Shown here: piece after piece, positions 25,500 to 40,155 of the stretch
How the letters are laid out: each line of letters begins with the position of its first letter
Numbering within the stretch: the first letter of the stretch is position 1
Source: Octopus vulgaris
Taxonomy: Eukaryota
Assembly: GCA_951406725.2 (NCBI GenBank)
Contig: OX597831.1
Span: 57,412,001 to 57,476,000, forward strand
DNA: 64,000 bases
Direction: 5' to 3'
The notes under the pieces: generated by a model
Database searches by the model: none
What the model saw: the letters and a program-made list of their open reading frames with translations, nothing else
What the model was told of the DNA's origin: nothing
Made by a program: the position numbers and the translations under genes

Positions 25500-26990
25500 C
25501 ATATACGCACAACAGATTAAACTGTTGGGAAAGAAAAATACCTAACATCGGGCTAAAACAAATAACCCTAGATGCTAAGAACTTATAACTCTCTCCACCT
25601 TTCAATGACTTTAATGTTTGGCCATCTGGCAATTGGATGCCTTCGCTGTTGACTACATGTCTCCTTCTCATGACTAATATTGCACACTTATCTATGCCAA
25701 CTTCCATACCTAAATCTCTGCTGAAGACTCTTACAGTCTGTGTTAAGGAATCTGTCTCTTTTTCATTCTTACTAAAAGCTTCAGATCTTCCATGTAAAGC
25801 AAATGGTTAATTTTTCCATTACTATTTCTGAATTGGCAGAAACGTTAGCACGCCGGGCGAAATGTGTAGCCGTATTTCGTCTGACGTTACATTCTGAGTT
25901 CAAATTCCGCCGAGGTCGACTTTGCCTTTCATCCTTTCGGGGTCGAATAAATAAGTACCAGTTACGCACTAGGGTCGATGTAGTCAACTTAATCCGTTTG
26001 TCTGTCCTTGTTTGTCCCCTGTGTGTTTAGCCCCTGGTGGGCAGTAAAGAAAAATATTTCTGAACTGATACCCTGCCTTTGCCTTCCATAATACTAAACC
26101 GGAGGGGATCAAACATGAGGCAAATATTAAAGGAGACAACGAGTCCCCCTGGAAAATTCCCCTTTTGATATTAACTTTCCCTAAGAGTGTGTCACCTGAG
26201 TAGAAATCTACTTTTCATTTCTTCATGTTACAGCTAATTAACTCTCTTAATATACTTCATTTAGAACTGCTTTGTCTATATATAATAGAACATGCGTTCG
26301 TCTAGCATTCTCCATGCTACCTTTCTCTTCGGGTAGTAAATTCTGGTTGTCAAGCTTTCCTGTTAACAACTTCTGCACTAATGATGAGCAAGGGTTTGGT
26401 CTATAGTTGCTAGTTGTATTACTCTTGCTCTTATCTTTCATAATGAACATTGTCCTCCCTCTAGTCATCCAATTAGGTATTATTCCTCCATTAAGGTAAT
26501 CCTGAAGTTGTTTCCTCAGCCTCCCGTATAAACTACTGAATTTCTTTTGTCAGTATCCTTGAACTAAATCTAGCCGTGGACCCTTCCAATTCGGCATTTT
26601 TTCCTAACACTTTACTCATTAATGCACTAGTTAATCATAGATCTGGCTACTTCTCACTCACTACTTCTTCCCTAACTTTCTTTAATCATACTGCATTTCC
26701 GTTATGATTTACTGGCTTATCCCAAATATTACTCCAGAACTTTCTAGCTTCTTCTGCATTAGGTTTCTCATCTTCGCTACTTCGTTCTCAACTATTTATT
26801 AGGTTATAAAAATCTCCTCTGGTCTGTCTCAAATAATCTATTATGTTGATACTGATTTGTTCTTTTCTGATACCTGGAGAGCTTTCTGCTCCTGTTATGG
26901 TACGCTGTTTCAACTCTTCTATTATTGTCCCAAAATTGCTCCTACAATTTGCTGGTATTGTAATCGTCTTGAGACGCCATCTTTTCTCTT
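25500..26990 (-). mobile_element. R4/Dong-type LINE RT-domain remnant, interrupted by a family B SINE (~25836-26054)
   Basis: RGRT.FI.K...SNYRP, GIFQGDSLSP and GMEVGIDKCA motifs; SINE flanked by tatttctgaa(t/c)tg duplication. Confidence 0.8.
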
Positions 26991-27539
26991 ACTACTAGGT
27001 GGTATTATTAAATGCTGTTTAGTTTCGACTTTTGTCTTGTACTTGAGATAATCATAAATATGTGAGGGTTGGATGGGGATAGTAGGAGAAAGAGAAGCAG
27101 CTTGCTGAATAGACCATATTCCATAGGTCTGTAAATAGGTTCAGCAGATGATGAGAAGACCAACAATGGGGCTTCGCATTCCTGTGTGATCTGGAGACAA
27201 AAGAGGCGTCACACTCTTGCAGTCAGCAGAGGTCAAATGTGCTTACTACTGCTAGCGATCAATGAGAGCGCTGACTTTGGCCTTGGAAAGAACCAATTCA
27301 CTTTGTTCTGTTTTTAATTACTGATAGAAAAAATAACACTATATATATACTTATGTTTACATCGTTGAATTTTTGAATTTTTTTGTGGGGGTGGGAATTT
27401 TTGGATTTTTCCTTTTCCTTTTATAAGTTTAGCTGTAATTTACAGTTTTCTTAATTGTGAAGTTTGTATATATTGGCAGGTGCTTATCTCCTTATTTTTA
27501 TCGTGCGCTAAATTTGTCGTTGCAATAAAAAGTATGTTT

Positions 27540-27990
27540 ACATATTCGAGTAGTCAGGGAGAAAAGAATGGTAAAATTTCCACAGAAAATTGTAGATATT
27601 AAAGTTTTAAAAATTTCTAAAGATGTCCGTCCAGAGAAAACTGTAGTGTTCTTGCAACAAAAATGTTTATATTCTCGAATACTCAGGGAAAAAGGAAATG
27701 AAAGGAAAGAAGGGTAAAATTTTCATAGAAAATTGTAGGTATTAGAGTTTTAAAATTTTCTAAAGATGATCGTTTGTTTGTCTGACCAGAGAAAACTGTA
27801 GTGTTCTTACAATAAAAAGAATATTTACATTTTCGAATATTCAGGGAGAAAAGAAAGGATAAGTATTCACAAAAGTTGTAAATATTAAAGTTTTTAAAGT
27901 TTTTAAAGATGATCGTTTGTGTGTCCGTCCAGAGAAAATTGTAGATATGTAAATTTCTACACTTATTTTGAAGGAAATTTAAAATACTCA
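27540..27990. repeat. Three diverged tandem units of ~135-160 bp
   Basis: Recurring tcagggagaaaag...gaaaattgtagatattaaagttttaaaa...ccagagaaaactgtag. Confidence 0.8.
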
Positions 27991-28145
27991 CAAGGGATTG
28001 TAGATGTTCCACTGTTTGAAAGTTATTTTTCAGTTGTTCTGTTGGGTTGAATTAGTGTTTCTGTGTCTTCGGCTGCTGACTGGTCAGAGCAGCGAAGTAC
28101 ACGTCCAGACGCTGTCAAGGCTAGCGATTCTTCTTCTTCTTTCTT

Positions 28146-28176
<31 letters not shown>

Positions 28177-28182
28177 TTATTC

Positions 28183-28223
<41 letters not shown>

Positions 28224-28244
28224 GTTGTTGTTGTTGTTGTTGTT

Positions 28245-28650
28245 GAGTGAGAGAGCAATGCATGCCATCAAAATGACAATGGGGTAAAATATACGAAGCC
28301 CAGTATACCCATCGTGACTACCCATCTGATAAGGGTGCACCAAGCACATGCATCACAACCATGTGTACGCGACACGGCGATCTCATATCAAGACTAATAG
28401 CGTATGACCTTGCAGGTGGGACACAGAATTTTCTTTAGGTCGAGTAGCCCATCCTGCTCAAAAGGTCCCTGAATAAGGGTTGTTTAAGGATGTTGAATGA
28501 AACACCCATGTTTCCAGAGGTGAATTATTCAAAGCCCAAAGGATTCTTCTCAACACATGGCTATGATGCTCCCCCACTACTTCTGCTCGTAATCAGAGAT
28601 GCACATATCGTCAGCCACTAAGGGACATGCTCAACTGGTTAAAGTCAAAG
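28245..28650 (-). mobile_element. Probable non-coding retroposon with (CAA)(TAA)n tail
   Basis: GC-balanced 400-bp block running into a compound AAC/AAT/AAG microsatellite on the minus strand; family not assigned. Confidence 0.45.
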
Positions 28651-28725
28651 GTTCATTTTATTTGCTTTCATTGCTGTGTTGAACTTATCTTTGTCTGTGT
28701 ATTTGTGTGTATGTGTGTCTGTGTG

Positions 28726-29035
28726 AAGGCGCGTGGCTTAGTGGTTAGGGCATTCGGCTTGCGATAGTAAGTTCAATTCCCGGCGGCGCGTTGTGTCCTT
28801 GAGCAAGACACTTTATTTCACGTTGCTCCAGTCCACTCAGCTGGCAAAAATGAGTAGTACCTGTATTTCAAAGGGCCGGCCTTGTCACACACTGTGTCAC
28901 ACTGAATCTCCCCGAGAACTACGTTAAGGGTACACGTGTTTGTGGAGTGCTCAGCCACTTACACGTTAATTTCACGAGCAAGCTGTTCCGTTGATCGTAT
29001 CAGCTGGGACCCTCGTCGTCGCAACCGACGGAGTA
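28726..29035 (+). mobile_element. Family D SINE
   Basis: aggcgcgtggcttagtggttagg head; ttgtgtccttgagcaagacactttatttcacgttgctccagtccactcagc. Confidence 0.85.
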
Positions 29036-29162
29036 TTCCTTATGTGTGTCTGTGTATGTGTGTAAGTGTGTTTTATCAGTTCTTTTACATCTATTGTTGT
29101 TTTTTAGGGTGCATTGTATGTGGGATTTCTTTCAATTCTGTTTTTAATATTTCTTTTTGCTA

Positions 29163-29378
29163 AGGAAGCGAGCTGACAGAATCGTTAGCACGTCGCTTAA
29201 AATGCTTAGCGGCATTTCGTCCGTCTTCGCGTTCTGAGTTCATATTCCGCTGAGGTAAACTTTGCCTTTCATCCTTTACGGGGTCGATAAAATAAGTACC
29301 ATTTCAGAACTGGAGTCGAAGTAATCGACTAGCCCCCTCCTCCCAAATTGCTAGACTTGTACCAAAATTTGAAACCAA
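29163..29378 (+). mobile_element. Family B SINE
   Basis: Complete head, B-box, central block and tail. Confidence 0.85.
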
Positions 29379-29552
29379 TATTTCTTATTGTTTATTAGAA
29401 ATAATTTCACATTCGATAAAGTGTTTAAGTTGATTCGTCTTACATCTCCAACGTTGCTTGTAATTCTTGTGCCAAAATTTGATGCCAATATTATTGTATG
29501 GGGCACAGTTTTGGAGTCAGGGCATGTTATACACTCTCCATTATCTAATCTG

Positions 29553-29602
<50 letters not shown>

Positions 29603-29605
<3 letters not shown>

Positions 29606-29821
29606 TGGTTTTCAACCAGGGTTCCGCGGAACCTTAGAGTTCCGGTAGTACAGTCCAGGGGTTCCGCAAGAAGTTACAAAACTGCTAAAATCGGCAGTAA
29701 TTTTTAATTCTCCTGTGCAGATATGTGTGCATAAGACAATTAAATTATTGCACAGGGGTTCCTCGAGCCAGTGGAATGTTTCCTTGGGGTTCCGCTCCAG
29801 CAAAAAGTTTGAAAAGCACTG
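29603..29821. mobile_element. hAT/Charlie-type MITE in (TA)n
   Basis: TIRs cactggttttcaacc / gtttgaaaagcactg; internal repeated gggttccgc motifs. Confidence 0.75.
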
Positions 29822-29874
29822 ATATATAGATATATGTATATATATATGTATATATATATGTGTATCGGGTATCA

Positions 29875-29925
<51 letters not shown>

Positions 29926-29958
29926 TTGTATATTATGGTATACGGAATATGAAAGAAG

Positions 29959-30005
<47 letters not shown>

Positions 30006-30007
30006 GC

Positions 30008-30045
<38 letters not shown>

Positions 30046-30047
<2 letters not shown>

Positions 30048-30192
30048 CGGGAAGCTTTATGAAAATAACCAAAAGACGAAGGCAGGTGGAAAACAAACGA
30101 ACAATTGTATTAGTATGGCGCTCAGGAAATATAAATAAAACAAGTCTTAACGTTTCGAGCCTACGCTCTTCAACAGAAAGATACACAGAGAG

Positions 30193-30195
<3 letters not shown>
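30046..30195 (-). mobile_element. PLE-type terminal-repeat fragment with variant minimal hammerhead motif
   Basis: Homologous to 37851-38005 and 56400-56557; inserted in (TA)n. Confidence 0.65.
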
Positions 30196-30242
<47 letters not shown>

Positions 30243-30919
30243 TGGTGGTACCCGCAGCGGAGAGCTCGTTCTGAACGTGGCAGCTGCTGTTCATCTGCAC
30301 TTATTCACCAAAAATAAATAAATTAATTAATGAATAAAAAGAATTAAGGTTTTTCAAAACTCAATGACGCCACAGTCATCAACATTGAACGGACAGTATA
30401 AACAGTAAAAAAAACATCGAAATAATAATTACCGTCGCTTTCATTATCCTGATTTGTACATTTTTTCTGCTCTCCTAAATAGAACTGTTGTAAATGTGTT
30501 TATCTTGCAAAAATCTTTTCGATTGTTGGCTAATATTTTGCAGTAGGAATGAATTCTGCAGTTCGTTTCATTTCTCATTTGCAATTATATATTTTTGCAC
30601 TAATTTTCTTGGAAAATATAACCATGTTGTCTCATATGTTTATTTCATTTTTCCAAATCTTCAAGTATACATAAAATAAATTATTTGTACATAGTCAACA
30701 GGAATATCTATCCCAATATCTAAAAACCTAGCTCTAGAGAGCTAATTTTACTTCACAGCATAAGTATGCTGATAGTGTGTTACCAATAATTTCATCAAAA
30801 TCTTGAAGTATTTTAATGAAATTAATTAATATTTAATTTCGTATATATATCGTATATATAGTGGTTTAGTTATTCGTATATATATCGTATATATTATGGT
30901 TTAGTTATTCGACTCGATA

Positions 30920-31145
30920 CTCTTCCGGCAACTCCTGCAACCATGCTGGTGCCAAACATAATGCCCTACATTCCTTTGGACTACGTCAGCAAGGTCGATA
31001 GAGGAATCCTGACGATTGGGCTATCCAGGATTTTCTTACATCTAGCCCAGGCCTATGCAAAACTGGAGAGGACATGAAATGTAAAAACCAGACTGGATTA
31101 GTTTATGCGCAACTCCATTGTCTCCCGAGACAAAAGAATGCCAAA
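30920..31145 (+). mobile_element. SINE-like element with RTE-derived 3' tail
   Basis: 3' end tttatgcgcaactccattgtctcccgagacaaaagaatgccaa matches the RTE tail at 12936-12980. Confidence 0.7.
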
Positions 31146-31247
31146 ATCATATATATATATACACCGAAGTAAAGTGGTTTTATATTCCAGTTGTATGTAT
31201 GATCACAAGCGCCCGAATGAATATACCACGTGTCTCAAGACTGCACC

Positions 31248-31282
<35 letters not shown>

Positions 31283-31284
31283 CA

Positions 31285-31800
31285 GGTCAATTTCGAGTGC
31301 TACTGGTAACATGTAACCCAGTACAACCTGTTGCATGGTCGGGTCGTCGGTGACTAAACCGGCAACCCCACTAAGATTGCTTGGTGAGGAGGGTATTTAT
31401 TGGACACCCTGCGGAATGAAAATCAAAACCCGTCAAAGGGCGGAGGAACTCTTGAGAGTCAACGGCCATCCAATAAATGTCTTAAGGCTTTATCATGCGC
31501 GGGGACATAGAAATAATCGGACTGAATACCCGATCGCGCGGTTAAACCATTGGGAGTGAAGGACTCCTAGCCTTTGTTAGGGCATCCTTCTAACTGGGAT
31601 AACTCCGATATAAAACCTGCGGCTCAGTGGTTACCGATGATGTTGACTTGTTCTTCTTTTCGGATTATGGCTGCTGCTGCTGCTGCTTAGTGAATGGGAT
31701 TGACTCAGTGCACAGCCTTTCCTCACTTTAAAAAGAATCTTCTTGCACAGGCATTGCACGATAACAACATTGATTGAGCTTCGTGCAATGGCCATACTCG
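31285..31800 (+). mobile_element. Probable LINE 5' UTR-derived non-coding repeat
   Basis: GC-richer block between microsatellites containing an RTE-5'-like gggcatcc...aactccgatataaaacc segment. Confidence 0.4.
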
Positions 31801-32008
31801 ATAACGGGGGGGGGGCAGCCACCATATATATATATATATATATATGCAACGTGTGGTGAATAAACTGTCATCTAAGTTACGCAAAAATTAAAATAACACT
31901 GACATCTCATTTTAGCATATATTTTAAAAAAATGGTGGGGGGATGTTTACAGAGGGAAGAATGGGTATTCACAGCAGTTGTGGATATTAAAGTTTTTAAA
32001 GCTGAAAA

Positions 32009-32060
<52 letters not shown>

Positions 32061-32809
32061 GCTATTATCATCATCATCATCATCACATTATTATTGCATA
32101 TCCAAATGCATATAGCATACTCAGTCTACTGCTATTCCGGTCTAGATTAATCTTTTGTATAGATTAAACCACATGGAATAATCTTCTGTGTAATATTTTC
32201 AAATATCAGTTTTTAATTTTCAATCCTGTTATCTATTTTACGAATTCTATTAAATATTTATTGACGAAGAAGATTACAAATTTCTTTGGACTCTAGATTT
32301 TCTTGATTGCTAAATACGAAAGAATGTAATACACGGACACAATTTATGCGAAATGAAAACGTTTCGTATATTGAATTTGCAAGCCACTTTCCAGAATAGT
32401 AAAGAAAAAAATTCATAACATGAAGAAAACTAGCTTTATTAAACCAAACAATAATAATCATCACAGACTGGATGGTATAATCTCATAAATAAACGGCGGT
32501 AGCAATGCTGCAAACATGCCTAATCTACACGACATCATGTCATATCAGTTGCAGTTAGATGGCAGACACGGTAGTACACAGTATGATATAATTGGTAGAG
32601 TTCGCTCAGCTCCTTTAAGTTCTGGTATCAAATCTCACCCCGGTTCACTTTTCCTTGCGTCTTCGTAAGGTCGATAGAATAAGTACTTGAGATAATGTAT
32701 TCGACTTTATTCTAGAATGTAGTGTGTGCAGACAGTTCTTTTAAACACCTTTCCTTTATTTCACCATTCCTTAACATTAAGATGAGAGAATGATAACCCA
32801 CATAGATTG

Positions 32810-33662
32810 CACCTCTGATTTGGATCACCAATACCTGCAGATAAGTTATGCTCTTTGTGGATCTTAACATGTCTTTTGAGGCCTCCGTTGGATTCGCAAA
32901 CCTTCTGGCATACACTGCATTCAAAGGTCTGCGCAGACATATAGTCAAAATAGTTGGTGGGGGTTCGTTTTCCATGCGTTTGCAGATGAGATTTGAGGCC
33001 AGGTCTGGTCTGTCACAGACTGTGCACAAAAAAGGTCATTGTCATTCACCTTCTTGATCGTTACATTCTTCCTTAGATCTCTTTTGAGTCTTACTTGTTT
33101 TATCCTGGCCTCTTCAAATGCTTTTACTCCACTCCACATCTTTGTTCGCCATCCAACTCGATCCAAAGCAAGGGTTTCTATATCTTCTGGGACCATTCCA
33201 AGTAACTTCATAGTAGTCCTTAAGCCTCTTTTTAGATTTACGCCGATAGCGTTTCCCCTCTGCAAGCTCACCACAAAACAGCTGTTTCGGCATGCGTTCA
33301 TCTGCCATTCGATCAATATGGCCACACCATCTCAATTGGTTCCTCAAAATCATGGCTTTAATTGTGGTGATGCCTGCAGATGCAAGGACATCTGTGTTTA
33401 ATTTTCAAAATGCGATGAAGGCATTTTTGGTGGAATTGTTCTAGCAGTTTAAAATGCCTTTCATAACAAGTCCAAGTTTCACGTGATTTGTAAAGAGCCA
33501 GCTTTGTATTCTTATTTATATGTCACTGGCATCAAACGGGTGACGCCAAGCCACCAAATGCTTTTGATGCCCTTTGAATTCGCAGCTGTATTTCTGTATC
33601 AAAATTTGCATCATTTTGAACAGAGCTTCCAAGGTAGGCGACAACCTCAAGTAACTTTACCA
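32810..33662 (-). mobile_element. Decayed RTE-clade LINE 3' fragment
   Basis: YLGS, RASKAFG, QLRWCGHI.RMADERMPKQL..GEL and C-terminal CxxC motifs. Confidence 0.88.
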
Positions 33663-33663
33663 T

Positions 33664-33739
<76 letters not shown>

Positions 33740-33967
33740 TGCATTCATGCATGTATATATAAACGTTTTCACTGTTCTCGGTTCTGTCAACAGCTAGGTA
33801 TTCAGGCGAGTATACTGGCATTGATGTAGTATATATACGGGCATTGATTTGTCAGTATATATACAGTGAAGCTTTACTATAGCGTCGTAAATTTAACGAC
33901 TGCTATTTCCAGTAAACATTGGTGCCTTTGTACCACTACTCTATATGTATACATTTATATATATGTA

Positions 33968-34387
33968 TCACGTGATCACGTAACCGACCAGACCATCAGA
34001 TGTTGCTACGCATCGCTGGTCACAATGCGTTCGCATTGTTTTAGCCTTCGAATAACGCCACCCCGCTGGTTAAGCGAGCAGGCCAACAGATGAAAGAGTG
34101 AGAGAAAGAGTGGTGAAAGAGTACAGCAGGGATCACCACCCCGTGCCGGAGCCTCGTGGAGCTTTTAAGTGTTTTCGCTCAATAAACACTCACAACGCCC
34201 GGTCTGGGAATCGAAACCGCGAGTCCGCTGCCTTAACCATTGGGCCATTGCGCTTTCACACATTTATATACATATATATATTTATATATATATATATATA
34301 TAAAAATGTGTGGAGGCGCAATGGCCCAGTGGTTAGGGCAGCGGACTCGCGGTTTCGATTCCCAGACCGGGCGTTGTGAGTGTTTAT
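33968..34387. mobile_element. Head-to-head family C SINEs (33968-34256 minus; 34311-34387 plus)
   Basis: Reverse-complement heads separated by (TA)n. Confidence 0.85.
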
Positions 34388-34437
34388 ATATATATATGCA
34401 TACATATACAGATATACATACACATATATACATTATA

Positions 34438-34484
<47 letters not shown>

Positions 34485-34516
34485 GTGATATATATAATAT
34501 TATATATTATACATAT

Positions 34517-34744
34517 TTCTTTATTACCCACAAGGGGCTAAACACAGAGGGGACAAACAAGGACAGACATAGGTATTAAGTCGATTACATCGACCCCAGT
34601 GCGTAACTGGTACTTAATTTATCGACCCCGAAAGGATGAAAGGCAAAGTTGACCTCGGCGGAATTTGAACTCACAACGTAACGCAGACGAATTACCGCTA
34701 AGCATTTCGCCCGGCGTGCTAACGTTTCTGCCAGCTCGCCGCCT
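34517..34744 (-). mobile_element. Full-length family B SINE
   Basis: Intact head to tail. Confidence 0.9.
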
Positions 34745-34996
34745 TATATATTATACATACATACATGTATACATACAGTGAACACACATATACGTACGCC
34801 TCAATCATGAATTGATGCATTGCATGCGGTTTATAGTTGCATGCATACTTATGCGCACTCATACACAAATACAAACGGAATTTACGCACACACACACACA
34901 CACACACTCACGAACACATACATGTGTGTATATGTACGCGGTGTGTGTGTGTGTGTGTCTGTGTGTGTGTGTCTGTGTGTGTGTGTCTGTGTGTGT

Positions 34997-35089
<93 letters not shown>

Positions 35090-35241
35090 CGCGTGTGGGT
35101 ATCTATATACATTTTATGCACTCATTAAGCTTTTTCTTTTCTGTGATTATATTTCTATAATAAAAAGATTATTTCATTTCGAAACGCAATCTCGCTCCGA
35201 AATTATTTTAAAATAACAAATACATCTCATACACTCATTCT

Positions 35242-35272
<31 letters not shown>

Positions 35273-35556
35273 CCTCTCTTTCTCTTTCTCTCTCCTCATA
35301 CCTTCCTACATACCTCTTTTGCTCTCTAAATATTTGGATGTTCTCAGAATTATAATATGGCAAAACCGTATACATGACAAACATTTTAATGCTATTTGAA
35401 GTAGTTTGTTTGTTTTTATTACGAATATATAAATATTATTTCAATAGATATATAAATAAATTAAAATAATCCATTATTTATTATACCAATGTTCACACAC
35501 ACACACATCCACACACAAATACAAATGAATACGATAGTACCTACCTACCTACCTAC

Positions 35557-36000
35557 CTTGCACATCACGCTAAGGGAAGTAACTGAAAAGACATAGAGGA
35601 AAAGAATGCCATAGAAGTTAAAAAAGGAAAACAAAATAGATGATCGTAGGAAATAGCGGTGGCAGTGGTGATAGCGGCAGTGGTAATGATGTTTACTTGT
35701 TGTTTGTAACGGCTGTTATTTATTTGTTGTTTGTAACGGCTGTTGTTTATTTGTTGTTGGTAGCCAAGGAACTGTTGCCGACAGCGACGAATGTTACATG
35801 CACTAAGGCGCATGCGTTAAATCACAGTCTTTTTTTTTTTAGTTTTTTTTTATTGACAATCATCGGAGCGCTAAACGCTCCTCACGAATGTTCGTGAGAT
35901 GGTTGTGATCTGTAAACAGTTTTGAATAGGAACCAGAAAGAGAAGTATGAACGCGCAATGCACATGCGCACACTGAATTAGTAAAACGGAAGAGAAGAAT
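35557..36000 (-). promoter_or_regulatory. Candidate promoter and non-coding first exon of a leftward host gene
   Basis: NRF1-like motifs at 35808 and 35959, ETS core CGGAAG at 35987, local CpGs; minus-strand donor CAAG|GTAGGT at 35557/35556. Confidence 0.45.
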
Positions 36001-36542
36001 AGAACAAATTATATGATGGTCTGCATGCCACGTCTCACACCACTATTAAGCAGCTTCGCTGCAATTTTCTTGTCATATATTTAGTTCACAAAAACAAATA
36101 AATTGTTCGCCATCAGCTACGTAGCACGATTCCCAGACCGGGTATTGTGAGTGTTTATTGAGCAAAAACACCTAAGTTCCATGAGGCTCCGGCGAGGGTG
36201 GGTGAACCCCGCTGTACTCTTTCACCACAACTTTCTCTCACTCTTTCTTCCTACTTCTGCCACAAAGCAGAGGAACCATGGTGTAACCCACTATGGTGTG
36301 GTAAACTTTCAGACCCTAGTCTAGATTGCGAATCCTCTGTACCCCAGGATGGTTCAGTTCTCCACCCGTTAAAAAGCCACCGTTTACGGAATGAGGATAA
36401 CAACGTAGCTTTCGCGCCCGTGCAACCGCCAGTCTATCATGTGTAGTGGGTGCATCTTCAAGTTGCCACACGCATTCTTAGTAGCTTAGTGTAGGCTCGA
36501 ATTAGAGATTATTCTTTGTGGCTAATGTCGTGAGTCCTGATT

Positions 36543-36843
36543 GGAAGAAGAAGAAGAAGAAGAAGAAGAAGAAGAAGAAGAAGAAGAAGAAGAAGAAGAA
36601 GAAGAAGAAGAAGAAGAAGAAGAAGAAGAAGGAGAAGAGAAGAAGAAGGAGAAGGAGAAGAAGGAGAAGGAGAAGAAGGAGAAGGAGAAGGAGAAGGAGA
36701 AGAAGGAGAAGGAGAAGAAGGAGAAGGAGAAGAAGGAGAAGGAGAAGAAGGAGAAGAAGAAGAAGAAGAAGAAGAAGAAGAAGAAGAAGAAGAAGAAGAA
36801 GAAGAAGAAGAAGAAGAAGAAGAAGAAGAAGAAGAAGAAGAAG
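36543..36843. repeat. ~300-bp pure polypurine (GAA)n/(GAAGGA)n tract
   Basis: Direct reading. Confidence 0.95.
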
Positions 36844-36986
36844 ACAACAGCAGTTGTCAGTGCGTAAGCATATTCATGTATGTGTATGCGTGTGCCTGCG
36901 TATGATTTTGCTTCTTTTTTTTATCTCCTATCTGTCAGTTACCAACACAACGAACAATTGTTACGACTTCCACTTCCAAAACATTC

Positions 36987-37054
<68 letters not shown>

Positions 37055-37078
37055 TTATCTATTTATCTGTCTATTTAT

Positions 37079-37163
<85 letters not shown>

Positions 37164-37662
37164 CCGTGAGCTAGTCACCGTGTCGCCATCAAAATAGCAA
37201 AAGAAAACTAAAGCTCTCAGCGTTCACTAACAAAATCCATGAAATTTCCAACGTTACGCTCGCACTAAGTGGTAAATGGTCACCGTTTAGTTCTTTTGCA
37301 CCGTCTCGAATTATTTTGCGTGGATTTACATCACAAATGACCACCCTACCAATTAGTCAATATCAGTTGCATTATGTCACCTTTGAGGATCTCATTGATA
37401 GTACTTCAGCTCAGTTAATGAGGCTTCGCGATCTTTTTTTAAACTCATGCAATAAAATGGATTGAATTTGATCGTTCACCCCACCGTTTTTAACTTGACA
37501 GTCAAAACTAAAGAAGATTAGACAATGGGAGAAGACCGTTAACATAAATCAACAGAGGGAAATCTGCGCTTCAAAACTATCTATTCTATGAACAGAGATA
37601 AAAGTCTATGCGAAAATAGGCATCGAAATTTAAAATAACAAATACTGTTATTATTTTGCTAT

Positions 37663-37701
<39 letters not shown>

Positions 37702-37718
37702 CATGCATACATACACGC

Positions 37719-37772
<54 letters not shown>

Positions 37773-37799
37773 CTATATATATATACATGCATACATACA

Positions 37800-37850
<51 letters not shown>

Positions 37851-37854
<4 letters not shown>

Positions 37855-38179
37855 AGAGTTTACGAAAAAAACAAAAGACGAAGACAGGTGGTGTACAAAA
37901 CAAACAGATGTATTAGTATAACGCTTAGGAATAGAAAAGTTTTTTACGTTTCGAGCCTACGCTCTTCTACAGAAAGGGACATAGAAAAAACAAGGAGAGA
38001 AACAAGGATATATATATATAAACACGCATTGAGTCGAACGAGGGGCAGCTGATGAAGGGGTATTTTCCTTGTATTGTTTGTCCTGTACTCTGTTTTTTCG
38101 TTGTTAAAAAAAGTCCGTTTCCTTGTTTGATTTTATGTTTTCGTTTCTCGTTGTGTTTTACGTTTATTTGTGGTGTCCT

Positions 38180-38185
<6 letters not shown>
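37851..38185. mobile_element. PLE-type terminal-repeat fragments in (TA)n
   Basis: 37851-38005 is the reverse complement of 56400-56557; the cagctgatgaagg segment at ~38046 recurs inverted at ~51933. Confidence 0.65.
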
Positions 38186-39349
<1,164 letters not shown>

Positions 39350-39359
39350 TGTATGTATG

Positions 39360-39670
39360 CGTGGTTAGAGCGTCGAGCTTACGATCGTGAGGTAGTGAGT
39401 TCGAATCCCGAACTGGGCTGCGTGTTGTGTTCTTGGGCAGGACACTTTATTTCACGTTGCTCCAGTTCACTCAGCTGTAGAAATGAGTTGCGACGTCACA
39501 GGTGTCAAGCTGTATCGGCCCCTTTGCCTTTCCCTTGGATAACACTGGTGGCATGGAGAGGAGAGGTATGCATGGGCGACTGCTTGTCTTCCATAAACAA
39601 CCTTGCCCGGATTTGTGTATTTGTGCCTGGGTGGGTAACTTTCTAGGTGCAATCCCATGGTCAGTCATGG
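39360..39670 (+). mobile_element. Family D-related SINE
   Basis: gtggttagagcg A-box, gagttcgaatccc B-box, CORE-like block. Confidence 0.8.
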
Positions 39671-40022
39671 GGTCTCAGCAATGTACGTGTGAGTATGTGT
39701 ATGTGTGTGTGAGAGAGAGGGGGGAGAGAGAAAGCGACTGGAGGAGAGGGAGAGAAAGTATGTGCATGTGCGTGTGTATACATATTTTATGTTGTGGCAA
39801 AAATAATTATTTTTATATTTCATACATGCGTGATTGTATGTGTATGTATGTATATGTATATGTATGCATATAGTCATGTGTGTATACATACATTACATAT
39901 TTATGTCTGTATGATAATAAGCCATCTAAGGAATATTAAATATCCAATATATTACTGGACGTATACCTACGTATTTTTAACCAAGTGCTTACTATTGCAT
40001 GGCAATATTGCAATTGAATATA

Positions 40023-40155
<133 letters not shown>

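Noticed and set aside
27540-27990. CRISPR-like array
   Set aside because: Eukaryotic context; whole units are homologous with no unique spacers and no cas genes
31285-31640. HDV-like ribozyme in LINE-5'-like blocks (also 36259-36480 and 28500-28650)
   Set aside because: I could not build the nested double pseudoknot by eye; it needs a descriptor search
36509-37197. Poly-K/R/E/S and YLSI ORFs
   Set aside because: Microsatellite translations; the same applies to the many [12 protein letters not shown] and MYVC ORFs
38049-38080. Hammerhead at ctgatgaagggg (also ~51935 minus and ctgacgagg ~61434)
   Set aside because: No GAAA and stem III at a suitable position
39360-39420. tRNA gene
   Set aside because: A- and B-boxes run straight into SINE body sequence; the same holds for the other tRNA-like heads
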